Shown piece after piece: positions 37,538 to 46,084 of a stretch of 64,000 nt of DNA. Origin of the DNA: Clostridia bacterium (GTDB lineage Bacteria; Bacillota; Clostridia; UMGS1883); assembly GCA_045651805.1 (NCBI GenBank), contig JAZRTB010000032.1, positions 14,178-78,177 on the forward strand. Reading direction: 5' to 3'. How positions within the stretch are numbered: the stretch's first letter is position 1; the number at the start of each line of letters is the position of its first letter. The translations under genes were made by a program, and so were the position numbers. The notes beneath the pieces were generated by a model. It ran no database searches and had not been told where the DNA came from. It saw only the letters and a program-made list of their open reading frames with translations.

Positions 37538-39036
37538 ATCTATCTCCAGTTCAAGAGAAAATAGTTAGTACGCAAGGTAATTTAATTGTAAGAGCAAGCG
37601 CAGGTACCGGTAAGACACACACAATGGTTAATAAGATTGCTAAAGAAACTACCGACAATCGCTCACACAAGGTTGTTGCAGCCATTACTTTTACAATAAA
37701 AGCAGCTCAAGAAATTAAAGAACGTTTGGTTATTGATACTAATCAGCATTTTATCGGAACTAATAATAGCTTTGCAATAGAAGAAATTATAAAACCATTC
37801 ATGAAGGACGTATATGGCGAAGAATATAATATTGATATGGGTACAGATTATGCATTAAAAGTAAATACATATCAAGAAGGATTAGATAAGATAAAAAATG
37901 AACATACTCTTTGCTCATATCAAAACACTAAAGAGAATTTTATATTTGAATTAGCTTACAATATAGTATTAAAATCCAGAGCTTGTCAATTGTATCTTAA
38001 GGCAAAGTATTTCAAAATATATATAGATGAATATCAGGATTGCGACAGAACTATGCATGATTTTTTCATGTATCTATGTGATGAACTAAAAATAGACACT
38101 TTTGTTGTTGGTGATGAAAAGCAATCCATTTATATTTGGAGAGGAGCTTATCCAGAAGCATTCAAAAGTATTTGGGAAAAAGAAAATTTTGAGAAAATAT
38201 TTATGGGAGATAACTTTCGCTCTTCGCAACAAATTCAAAATTATTCTAATCTTTTATGCGAAGAAACAAGGGAACTATATAAAGCAACAGAAACCGCAGA
38301 TAATATAATATGGATATCTCCTGATAGAGTGAATTATGCAAATGAAATATTGTCATACATTGATCCTAATAAAAGTTCAGCATTGTTAAGGTTTTCAAAT
38401 GATAATGCAAAAAAATGTGCCGAAGCATTAACATCTGCTGGTTTAGAATATATTTATATACCTCAAACACCTATTGCCGATATTTCAACTGAAACAGCGT
38501 GGTTATATACATCAATAGCAAAATATATAATCTTAACAAAATATTCGGTTTACGACTTGATTTCGGAAATACCTGTTGAAGGCGATGAGAGTATTAAAGC
38601 AGTATCAAAAATAGATGGACTGCTCATTAAGTGCAATGAAAATTCGAAGAATGAAATGCTTTTTAAGGATAGTGTAAATAAATTGGCGAAGCATCTTGGA
38701 TACGAAACAAGAGACGAAGATCTGAAAAAATTATATCAGACTATTTCGGATGAGAAATACTATCCCGCTTATGATACGGAAAGCTATAAACATATATCAA
38801 TTACTTTTCATTCTTCAAAAGGGCTAGAATTTGAACAGATCATTGTTTTTGCGGAAGATTATCGGTTATCAGATATGCCAAGTATATATAACCACTATGT
38901 TGCAGTAACTAGAGCAAAAAGCAAACTAATAATAGTAAAATCAACTGATTACAATGCAAATTGTTTTCAAGTCAACCTGCAAAAAATATTTAAACAAAGT
39001 TCTGTTGAATTGATCGATATTATCACATTTAGATGA
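37534..39036 (+). CDS. gajB: Gabija GajB: UvrD/PcrA-like superfamily-1 helicase
   Basis: 500 aa. Walker A VRASAGTGKTHTMVNKIA. Has a DExQD-like motif (IYIDEYQDCD) and later UvrD-type motifs (VVGDEKQSIY, TFHSSKGLEFEQIIV, AVTRAKSKL). 4-nt overlap with gajA. Confidence 0.8.
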   Translation: MNLSPVQEKIVSTQGNLIVRASAGTGKTHTMVNKIAKETTDNRSHKVVAAITFTIKAAQEIKERLVIDTNQHFIGTNNSFAIEEIIKPFMKDVYGEEYNIDMGTDYALKVNTYQEGLDKIKNEHTLCSYQNTKENFIFELAYNIVLKSRACQLYLKAKYFKIYIDEYQDCDRTMHDFFMYLCDELKIDTFVVGDEKQSIYIWRGAYPEAFKSIWEKENFEKIFMGDNFRSSQQIQNYSNLLCEETRELYKATETADNIIWISPDRVNYANEILSYIDPNKSSALLRFSNDNAKKCAEALTSAGLEYIYIPQTPIADISTETAWLYTSIAKYIILTKYSVYDLISEIPVEGDESIKAVSKIDGLLIKCNENSKNEMLFKDSVNKLAKHLGYETRDEDLKKLYQTISDEKYYPAYDTESYKHISITFHSSKGLEFEQIIVFAEDYRLSDMPSIYNHYVAVTRAKSKLIIVKSTDYNANCFQVNLQKIFKQSSVELIDIITFR

Positions 39037-39037
39037 C

Positions 39038-39071
39038 AAAAAAGAAGCTTTTCTTGTAAAGCTTCTTTTTT
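39038..39071 (+). terminator. Rho-independent terminator after gajB (AAAAGAAGCTTT-TCTTGT-AAAGCTTCTTTTTT)
   Basis: 12-bp stem plus U-tract directly after the stop at 39034..39036. Confidence 0.7.
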
Positions 39072-39216
39072 GAAATTCTTTATAATTCATTGTGCTTTAT
39101 TTTTTGTCATAGGAGAAAGGATGCACCTATTTATGTCTGTAATGTATAGTAACAGTCAGACAAATGTTAGTCAAATGTTAGTCAAAATGGTTAAAATCAC
39201 TATATGGAAGAAAATG

Positions 39217-39254
39217 TAAAAACGGCTCAACCCTATTGGTTAAGCCGTTTTCTG
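39217..39254 (-). terminator. Rho-independent terminator of tRNA-Glu (minus strand): GAAAACGGCTTAACC-AATAGG-GTTGAGCCGTTTTT
   Basis: Inverted repeat AAAACGGCTCAACC/GGTTAAGCCGTTTT on the plus strand. On the minus strand it lies just 3' of the tRNA and ends in a U-run. Confidence 0.55.
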
Positions 39255-39255
39255 A

Positions 39256-39331
39256 TGGTGACCCCACGGGGAATCGAACCCCGGTCTTCGCCGTGAGAGG
39301 GCGACGTCCTAGGCCGCTAGACTATGGGGCC
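39256..39331 (-). tRNA. tRNA-Glu (anticodon CUC)
   Basis: The reverse complement reads GGCCCCATAGTCTAGCGGCCTAGGACGTCGCCCTCTCACGGCGAAGACCGGGGTTCGATTCCCCGTGGGGTCACCA. It has a 7-bp acceptor stem, a GGGG-TTCGATT-CCCC T-arm, an anticodon loop CTCTCAC and an encoded CCA. Collinear with Bacillus tRNA-Glu. Confidence 0.85.
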
Positions 39332-39546
39332 ATTTCGATCACTTGCTTATTATAATACGAAAAGCATAAGTTGTCAATAATTTTTTTCGTAAAATGAAAA
39401 AAATCTGCCACTTTCCTTGACTAAATGCGGATTTTGGTGTAAATTATATATTGGTATGTTGTGAAAATTCCGACGAGTCGGAATTGAAGTTTAAAAAGCT
39501 GTTTTATAACGAAAAAATGATATACATACAGAAAGGATGATACGAA

Positions 39547-40566
39547 ATGGCAGAGGCTATAAATGCTGTAGAAATAAAAAATCTCGTTAAGCTTTACGGC
39601 AAGAATAAGGCACTCAAAGACATTTCTTTCAGTGTTAAACGTGGTGAGATAATGGGATTTCTCGGACCAAACGGTGCCGGAAAAAGTACAACAATGAATA
39701 TTATTTGCGGATGTATAAGTGCTAATGAGGGCAGTGCATCTGTGTGCGGATACGATGTTCTGGAAAATCCTCGACTTGTGAAAAGTAAGATAGGTTATTT
39801 GCCGGAACAACCTCCGCTTTATGTTGATATGACGGTTGTTGAGTATCTCGGATTTGTATACGAGCTCAAGAAGGTTAAGCTTAATAAGAAAAAGCATATT
39901 GAAGAGATTATGGAGCTTGTAAAAATTGATAATATAAAAAATCGTATGATAAGAAACCTTTCAAAAGGTTATAAGCAGAGAGTTGGTCTTGCACAGGCAC
40001 TTATAGGGGATCCGGAGGTTCTTATCCTTGACGAGCCTACTGTAGGTCTTGATCCAAAGCAGATTCTTGAAATCCGTAAGGTTATCAAGCAACTCGGTAA
40101 AAACAAGACAATTATTCTCAGTACACATATTCTTCAGGAAGTTGAAGCAGTATGTGATAGTGTAACTATCATATCAAATGGTAAGATAGTTGCAAAGAAT
40201 TCTCTTAAAGGTCTTGTTGAAAATTCAGGTGGAAAGGACAAATATGTAATCAGCCTTCTCGGAAATGCACAGGAGGCACAGTATGCACTCAATTCCGTAC
40301 CTGAAATTGTAAGCGTGAAACCTCTTAAACTTGGAAAGGGTACAGGTGAATTCCTTATTGAACAGATGCCCGGTTTTGATTTGAGAGTAATTCTTACAAA
40401 GCGTATGGCAGATGCAGGATTTGCCATTGCAGAATTGAGAAGTGGCTCTCTTACCCTTGAAGAAATGTTTATCAAGCTTACAAATGAGGCTTATACAGAA
40501 GTTGAAGAAGATGAAGGTAAAAACAAAAAACAGATGGGAGGAAGAAATAATGTTAGCAGTATTTAA
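39547..40566 (+). CDS. ABC transporter ATP-binding protein (GldA-like)
   Basis: Walker A GPNGAGKSTT, ABC signature LSKGYKQRVGLAQAL, Walker B LILDEPTVGLD. Confidence 0.85.
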   Translation: MAEAINAVEIKNLVKLYGKNKALKDISFSVKRGEIMGFLGPNGAGKSTTMNIICGCISANEGSASVCGYDVLENPRLVKSKIGYLPEQPPLYVDMTVVEYLGFVYELKKVKLNKKKHIEEIMELVKIDNIKNRMIRNLSKGYKQRVGLAQALIGDPEVLILDEPTVGLDPKQILEIRKVIKQLGKNKTIILSTHILQEVEAVCDSVTIISNGKIVAKNSLKGLVENSGGKDKYVISLLGNAQEAQYALNSVPEIVSVKPLKLGKGTGEFLIEQMPGFDLRVILTKRMADAGFAIAELRSGSLTLEEMFIKLTNEAYTEVEEDEGKNKKQMGGRNNVSSI

Positions 40567-41254
40567 AAAAGAATTCAGAACATACTTTATGTCTCCCATA
40601 GGTTACATTTTTGTTGGTGCTATTCTGTTTATTTCATCAATATTCTTTGTGCAGGGTGTGGTTAATACACAGCGTGCTGATATTGGTGTTGTATTTTCCA
40701 ACATTAATGCAATTTATCTTTTCCTTGCGGCACTTCTTACTATGAGACTTTTTGCAGAGGAAAAGAATAAGCGTACGGACCAGTTGCTTCTTTCTGCGCC
40801 TGTGCGTATCACGGAAATAGTTCTTGGTAAATATCTTGCAGCAATGTCGGTGCTTGGTGTATCTCTTGTATTTACTCTTGCGTTTCCTGTTATTATGTGT
40901 ACATATGCAAAGCCGGCAGTAAGTGAAATAATTGGTTCTTACATAGGATTCGTTCTTTTGTGGGGATCGTTTATATCAATAGGTGTATTTATATCATCTC
41001 TTACTGAAAGCCAGGTAATCGCAGGTGTGCTTACATTTGCGTCGCTTCTTATAATTTCTTATATTCCGGAACTTATGCTCAACATAAATATAGAAATATT
41101 CAATAAAATTCTCGGAGTGGTTTCTCTGTATGACAGATATTCCGAGTTTATGAACGGAATTCTGAATGTTGAGAGCATCATTTACTATTTGAGCTTTATA
41201 TTCGTATTTCTTTTCCTTACGGTAAGAATTATTGATAAGAGAAGATATAGTTAA
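40550..41254 (+). CDS. ABC-2 family transporter permease (GldF-like)
   Basis: ~235 aa with 5-6 predicted TM helices. Start ATG 40550 after GGGAGGAAG; the ORF-track start is 40442. Follows the ATPase gene. Confidence 0.7.
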   Translation: MLAVFKKEFRTYFMSPIGYIFVGAILFISSIFFVQGVVNTQRADIGVVFSNINAIYLFLAALLTMRLFAEEKNKRTDQLLLSAPVRITEIVLGKYLAAMSVLGVSLVFTLAFPVIMCTYAKPAVSEIIGSYIGFVLLWGSFISIGVFISSLTESQVIAGVLTFASLLIISYIPELMLNINIEIFNKILGVVSLYDRYSEFMNGILNVESIIYYLSFIFVFLFLTVRIIDKRRYS

Positions 41255-41267
41255 GGAGGAGATTACA

Positions 41268-42704
41268 ATGAAGAAAATAAAAATGAAAATGAGTATAGCA
41301 TCTGTAATTATTACTGCTGTTGTAATCGCCTGCGTAATATTCGTAAATGCTATTATTGGGGTTTTCACAGATTCCTATCCTTTGAAAATCGACCTTACAA
41401 AGGATAAAATTTATGAGTTTTCAAATCAGACAAAAGATATTATGAAAAATCTTGATGTTGAAGTAAGAGCGTATGCAGTACTTCCCGAAGGTTTTTCGTA
41501 TGAGTACACAGACTATATTAAGCCCTATCTTGAAAAGTACAGTTCACTCAATAAAAATTTCAAGGTTGAGTACATTGACCCGTATGAAAATACCGAGTTT
41601 CTGAGTAAGTATACAAGTACAAATCAGCAGATAGATATTGGTACAATTATCATTGAAAGCGGAGAAAATCATGAGATTATTCCCCTGAGTGAAATGTATA
41701 CACAGAGCTATTTTGAAGCTGTGGAAAGCATTGATATGGAAAGAAAGATTACTAATGCTATTATGCTTGTAACAGGTAAGCTTTCGGAGGCAAATATCTA
41801 TTTTGATATAAATCACACTACTCCCGGTCTGCAAATCACGGAAGGACTTGAAATCGGAGCGTGTATGAATGCATTCCTGTCAAGCGAAGGTAATAAGTGC
41901 GGATATGTAAATATCAATACCGATGGTATTCCTGAAGATGCGGATATTATTATCAGCCTTATGCCCATGGTAGATTTTACCGAGGAGGAAATTAAAGCAC
42001 TTGATTCTTTCCTTGAAGGTGGTGGCAGATTCCTTGTTTTTGCTGACAACAGTATGTCGCCTTTGAAAAATCTTGATGCATTTCTTCTTGAATGGGGTCT
42101 CAAAATTAACTATGACTATGTAATTGACCTTGAATCCAACTTAAGTATGCCTGATGGTAATGGTGTTCCTGTTCCTGCGGCAAAAATGTCTGCAGAGCAC
42201 TCCATTACTGAAAAACTCGCGTATTCAGCGCTTCCTCTTGCTCTTCCGGGGACAATCAGTATTACCACGCAGAAGAGTGTGAACGGTGCCGATACAGATA
42301 AGATTCTCCTTACTTCTGAGGCGGCTTATTCAAAGGGAGAGGATGCAACCACTCTTGAAAAAGAAGCAGGAGATGCTACAGGTCCTCTTTGTACTGCTGC
42401 GGCAGCCGTTAACTGGGAAGGTGAAACCTCGGTTGTTATGGTAGTAGGCTCTGTGCAGGGATTTGAGTATCTGGGATACATCGGTGACGGTAACTATCTT
42501 AATGCAGACTTTCTCTTGAATGCAATCAGTTATCTTAGTGGTAACGACTATTCAAGTGATATCAGAGCGAAGCAGATAACTCCCGAAACAATGGTTATGT
42601 CACAGAAGCAGGCAAAAAACATAAATCTGATTCTTGTATGGGTTATTCCCGGTGCAATAATTCTTGCCGGTCTTGTTATCTGGCTCAGAAGAAGATTCAA
42701 GTAA
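41268..42704 (+). CDS. ABC-transporter-associated auxiliary protein (GldG-like), N- and C-terminal TM anchors
   Basis: Start ATG 41268 after AAGGAGGAG. N-terminal TM (SIASVIITAVVIACVIFV) and C-terminal TM (ILVWVIPGAIILAGLVIWLRRRFK). Size and operon position match GldG-type proteins. Confidence 0.65.
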   Translation: MKKIKMKMSIASVIITAVVIACVIFVNAIIGVFTDSYPLKIDLTKDKIYEFSNQTKDIMKNLDVEVRAYAVLPEGFSYEYTDYIKPYLEKYSSLNKNFKVEYIDPYENTEFLSKYTSTNQQIDIGTIIIESGENHEIIPLSEMYTQSYFEAVESIDMERKITNAIMLVTGKLSEANIYFDINHTTPGLQITEGLEIGACMNAFLSSEGNKCGYVNINTDGIPEDADIIISLMPMVDFTEEEIKALDSFLEGGGRFLVFADNSMSPLKNLDAFLLEWGLKINYDYVIDLESNLSMPDGNGVPVPAAKMSAEHSITEKLAYSALPLALPGTISITTQKSVNGADTDKILLTSEAAYSKGEDATTLEKEAGDATGPLCTAAAAVNWEGETSVVMVVGSVQGFEYLGYIGDGNYLNADFLLNAISYLSGNDYSSDIRAKQITPETMVMSQKQAKNINLILVWVIPGAIILAGLVIWLRRRFK

Positions 42705-42728
42705 ACTGATTAAAGGAATTGATACATC

Positions 42729-44069
42729 TTGAAACGAAATATTAAAACAATTATAGCGGTTGGCGTTTTGCTTGTTGTTCTCATTGGTGCCTATTTTGGT
42801 GTGACTAAGTTAAAAAAGAAAACAGCACCGCCGGCGCAGACTGCACTTCCCGAGGTGCATTATATCATTACTGAAAAAATTGAAGATATTCTTTATATTC
42901 AGTATAATGCCGGTGAGGTAAACTATACAATTTACAATGAAGAAACTCCCACAATAGAGGGATATAAAAGTCATATAATTGACACTTCTATTCTGAAAAG
43001 TGCATTGTCCTCCGCAGTAGGAAGTACATTTGACCGTGAAATGGGAGTGAAGGAGGACCTTTCAAAATTCGGTCTTGATACAGAAGATAAGTTCATATTA
43101 TTCAAGACTAAAGACGGCAAGGAATACAAACTCATAATAGGTAATCCTACTTATATAGGTAATGAGCACTATGCGAGAATGGTTGATTCGAACGAGGTGT
43201 ACACTATTTCTTCCGCTGTATCAAATCTTCTCCTTTGTCATCCGGAGAATTACCGTAGCTATACTGTGTGTAACGTAGAGGGTGAAATTAAAGAATTTTC
43301 TGTAGGACAGAACGGCAGAAAAGTCCTTGAAGTTTTGATGGACGCAGAATATGCAAGAGCAAACGGATTCACTCAGTCTAACTATATTATAAAGTACCCC
43401 TACAGCGATGTTGAAGCAAATCAGGACGTTATAGGTGTTTTGCTTGAATCTGTCAGCTCTGTTGTAGCGACAGAAATCGTTGAGGAAGACCCGAAGAATC
43501 TGTCAAAGTACGGTCTTGACAAACCTAATTCCTTTACCTGCTATGACGGAAAAACAACTTCAACTGTTAAGATGGGTTCATACACTCCAGACGGACTTGT
43601 GTATGTAATGAAGGATGACATCCCGGTTGTATTCACTGCATATTGTTCTTTTTATGAATCAATCAGAAATCTTAATGCCGATGAATTTTTGGCACGATAT
43701 ATTCATTTGTTTAATATTAAAAAAGTGAAAAATGTTTTGATTGAAAATGCAGATGAGTCGCACACTATGTCAATTACTCCCAAATCCGGAGATACTTATG
43801 AATATCGTATTGACGGAAACATCAAGGTTGAAGAAAACTTTACCAAGGCATATGAAGTAGTAATCAAACCTATTGCAAGCAGACTTGCAAGCGGTGAAAG
43901 CATTACAGGTGAAGAAAAGTGCAAGATTACATTTACAATGACAGATGGTTCTGTAAAGACCTTTGTATATCATGCATATGATGATTCTCATTATATTGTA
44001 AAGGCAAGTAACGGTTTGGTGTGTATTGTAAAGAAAGAAAGTATTGACGAAATTTTCAGTACGCTTTAA
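42729..44069 (+). CDS. DUF4340-like membrane-anchored protein (commonly follows GldG-like genes)
   Basis: TTG start; N-terminal TM helix; 446 aa; operon position. Confidence 0.5.
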   Translation: MKRNIKTIIAVGVLLVVLIGAYFGVTKLKKKTAPPAQTALPEVHYIITEKIEDILYIQYNAGEVNYTIYNEETPTIEGYKSHIIDTSILKSALSSAVGSTFDREMGVKEDLSKFGLDTEDKFILFKTKDGKEYKLIIGNPTYIGNEHYARMVDSNEVYTISSAVSNLLLCHPENYRSYTVCNVEGEIKEFSVGQNGRKVLEVLMDAEYARANGFTQSNYIIKYPYSDVEANQDVIGVLLESVSSVVATEIVEEDPKNLSKYGLDKPNSFTCYDGKTTSTVKMGSYTPDGLVYVMKDDIPVVFTAYCSFYESIRNLNADEFLARYIHLFNIKKVKNVLIENADESHTMSITPKSGDTYEYRIDGNIKVEENFTKAYEVVIKPIASRLASGESITGEEKCKITFTMTDGSVKTFVYHAYDDSHYIVKASNGLVCIVKKESIDEIFSTL

Positions 44070-44090
44070 GTGAATGGAAGGGTGAAAGTT

Positions 44091-45041
44091 ATGTTTAAAA
44101 TCGGAATGGTCGGTGCAGGTGCAATTGGCAGATCTCACAAAAGAGCTATTGCGGAAAATGACAAGTGCGAACTTGTTGCAGTATGTGACATTAATAAGGA
44201 AAATGCTCTTATGGTGTCCGAAGATACAGATGCACGTGTGTATTCGGATTACAAGGAAATGGCAGAAAAGGAAGAACTTGACGTTGTAATCATAAATCTT
44301 CCGCATTTCCTTCATAAAGATGTTTCTGTGTTTTTCCTTGAAAAAGGAATAAATGTGCTTGTGGAAAAGCCAATGGCAAATACAAAAGAAGAATGTGATG
44401 CTATGGTAGCTGCGGCAGAAAAGAGTGGGGCACACCTTGTTGTAGGTCACGTTCAGAAGTATCACGATTGCTACAGAGTTCTTCGTGATATGATTAAAGA
44501 AGGCAGATTCGGTAAACTGTGCTCTGTTACAGAGTCAAGAAATCAGGACTATTTCCCCAATCGTCCTGCGTGGTTCCTCGATAAAAAACAGTCAGGTGGC
44601 GGAATAATTACTAACTTCGGTGCACATACTCTTGATAAGGTTATGTATACTGCAGACCTTGATATTGAAGATATCTATGCTGTGGGAAATAACTTTATGA
44701 CTGACCACGATGTTGCGGCAAGTGTACAGCTTCTTGTTAAGTTTTCAGGCGGTGTAAGCGGTGCTTTTACATATTGCGGCACACATGTCAGAGCACTTTA
44801 TGAAACAAACTTTTATTTCACAGACGGTATAGCACAGATAAGAAATGGTCAGGAACTCTGGATAAGCGAAAATAAGGAAGACTATGTAAAGGTTGAAGGA
44901 CTTAATACTGCGGCGGTACTTATCAAGTCACAGCTCGCAGAGCTTGTTAAGCTTCTTGAAGGAAAAGAAACAGAAATCGTGATGCCTGACTATGCAATAC
45001 AGATTGTAGATGCGTTGGAGAAAGCCGTTAATATGATGTAA
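44091..45041 (+). CDS. Gfo/Idh/MocA family oxidoreductase
   Basis: N-terminal Rossmann motif MFKIGMVGAGAIGRSHKRAI, plus EKPMA and the C-terminal GFO_IDH_MocA-like domain. ATG 44091 after AAGGG; the ORF-track GTG is at 44070. Confidence 0.8.
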   Translation: MFKIGMVGAGAIGRSHKRAIAENDKCELVAVCDINKENALMVSEDTDARVYSDYKEMAEKEELDVVIINLPHFLHKDVSVFFLEKGINVLVEKPMANTKEECDAMVAAAEKSGAHLVVGHVQKYHDCYRVLRDMIKEGRFGKLCSVTESRNQDYFPNRPAWFLDKKQSGGGIITNFGAHTLDKVMYTADLDIEDIYAVGNNFMTDHDVAASVQLLVKFSGGVSGAFTYCGTHVRALYETNFYFTDGIAQIRNGQELWISENKEDYVKVEGLNTAAVLIKSQLAELVKLLEGKETEIVMPDYAIQIVDALEKAVNMM

Positions 45042-45106
45042 TAAAAAATGTGGTATAAAGAAAACTGAGTTTTCTTTATACCACATTTTTGTGTAAATTA
45101 AAAGTG

Positions 45107-46000
45107 TCAGATAATTATAGAAAATGCTTTTGGCAGATTTTCAATCTTTACGGAATCCATTTCGCCACCGTACTCTCCGTCAATAGTCCAGGGAACTGAA
45201 GGATTCGATTCAAAAGTTAATTTTGACGCCTTGAAACAAAGAATATCATCTGTCTTGTCAGTGCTTTGCGAAAGAAATGCAGAGATAATATTCTGATAAC
45301 CGACAGCGGTTTGAGGCTTTTTAACAAGCAACACCTCGAACATACCGTCATTCAGCGAAATTGCCGTGCCAAGACTGAACTTTATTCCGCCAACCTGAAG
45401 TGAATTGGTAACCATTCCTAAAATAAAATCGTCCTCAATAACAAAATTATCCGAAGTTATTTTCATATGAATTGGTTTAATATTGGGAAGTTGACGTATA
45501 CCTTCAAGAACATAAGCAAAATGTCCGAAAACATTTTTGAAATCTTGAGATGTATCGTAAGAAACAGACGTAAAAGCACCAAAAGCGGCAACATAAGCAA
45601 AATAACTGTCGTTGATTTTTCCTGCATCGCAGAAAAACGGCTTTCCGTCAACTGACATTTTCGCCGCATGGCGTACATTTAAAGGAAGCCCTACAGTCCC
45701 TGCAAAATCATTTGTGCTTCCTGCAGGAAGATAGGCGAGAGATGGTCTCTTTGCAACATCAACAGACATAAGACCGCTGACTGCTTCGTTAAGCATTCCA
45801 TCGCCACCGCAAACGGAAATAACATCATATTCTGTCGCGTGGTCTTTTATATACTCATAACCATCTTTCTGACACTTTGTAGGATGAACGGTGACAGAAT
45901 AATCATTCATTGAGTATATATCTATAATATCTGCAAGCAATGTGCGTATTTGTGCTTTTCCACTTACGGGATTGTAAATCAGCAATAACTTTTTTTCCAT
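45107..46000 (-). CDS. Diacylglycerol kinase family lipid kinase (YegS/BmrU-like)
   Basis: LLIYNPVSGK near the N-terminus and GGDGMLNEAVSGL catalytic-domain motifs. Confidence 0.8.
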   Translation of the reverse strand: MEKKLLLIYNPVSGKAQIRTLLADIIDIYSMNDYSVTVHPTKCQKDGYEYIKDHATEYDVISVCGGDGMLNEAVSGLMSVDVAKRPSLAYLPAGSTNDFAGTVGLPLNVRHAAKMSVDGKPFFCDAGKINDSYFAYVAAFGAFTSVSYDTSQDFKNVFGHFAYVLEGIRQLPNIKPIHMKITSDNFVIEDDFILGMVTNSLQVGGIKFSLGTAISLNDGMFEVLLVKKPQTAVGYQNIISAFLSQSTDKTDDILCFKASKLTFESNPSVPWTIDGEYGGEMDSVKIENLPKAFSIII

Positions 46001-46084
46001 TAAATCACATCCTTATATAAAATTAAGGAACCGATAATTATATTATACGCCAAATCAACATATTTTCAATACATAAATTGAAAA

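Larger units (their letters stand above)
26768..39255. mobile_element. AT-rich accessory/defence island inserted between rhaA and tRNA-Glu; contains excisionase + tyrosine integrase, Gabija and two uncharacterised gene cassettes
   Basis: Abrupt shift to AT-rich, Lys/Asn/Ile-rich coding. Xis/Int pair at 31752..33128. A tRNA gene lies at the right boundary. A 29-nt direct repeat is present at 33141..33169 and 39076..39104. No tRNA-3'-end duplication was found at the left edge. Confidence 0.55.

Noticed and set aside
39256-39300. Search for a duplicated tRNA-Glu 3' end (att core) at the left island boundary or next to int
   Set aside because: By eye I could not find a second copy of TGGTGACCCCACGGGGAATCGAACC-like sequence at 26768..27183 or 31577..32012. 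A classical tRNA-att duplication is therefore not claimed.
43770-44465. 231-aa minus-strand ORF
   Set aside because: It overlaps the 3' end of the DUF4340-like gene and the 5' end of the Gfo/Idh/MocA gene on the opposite strand. Its Cys/Phe/His-rich composition is typical of antisense AT-rich frames.
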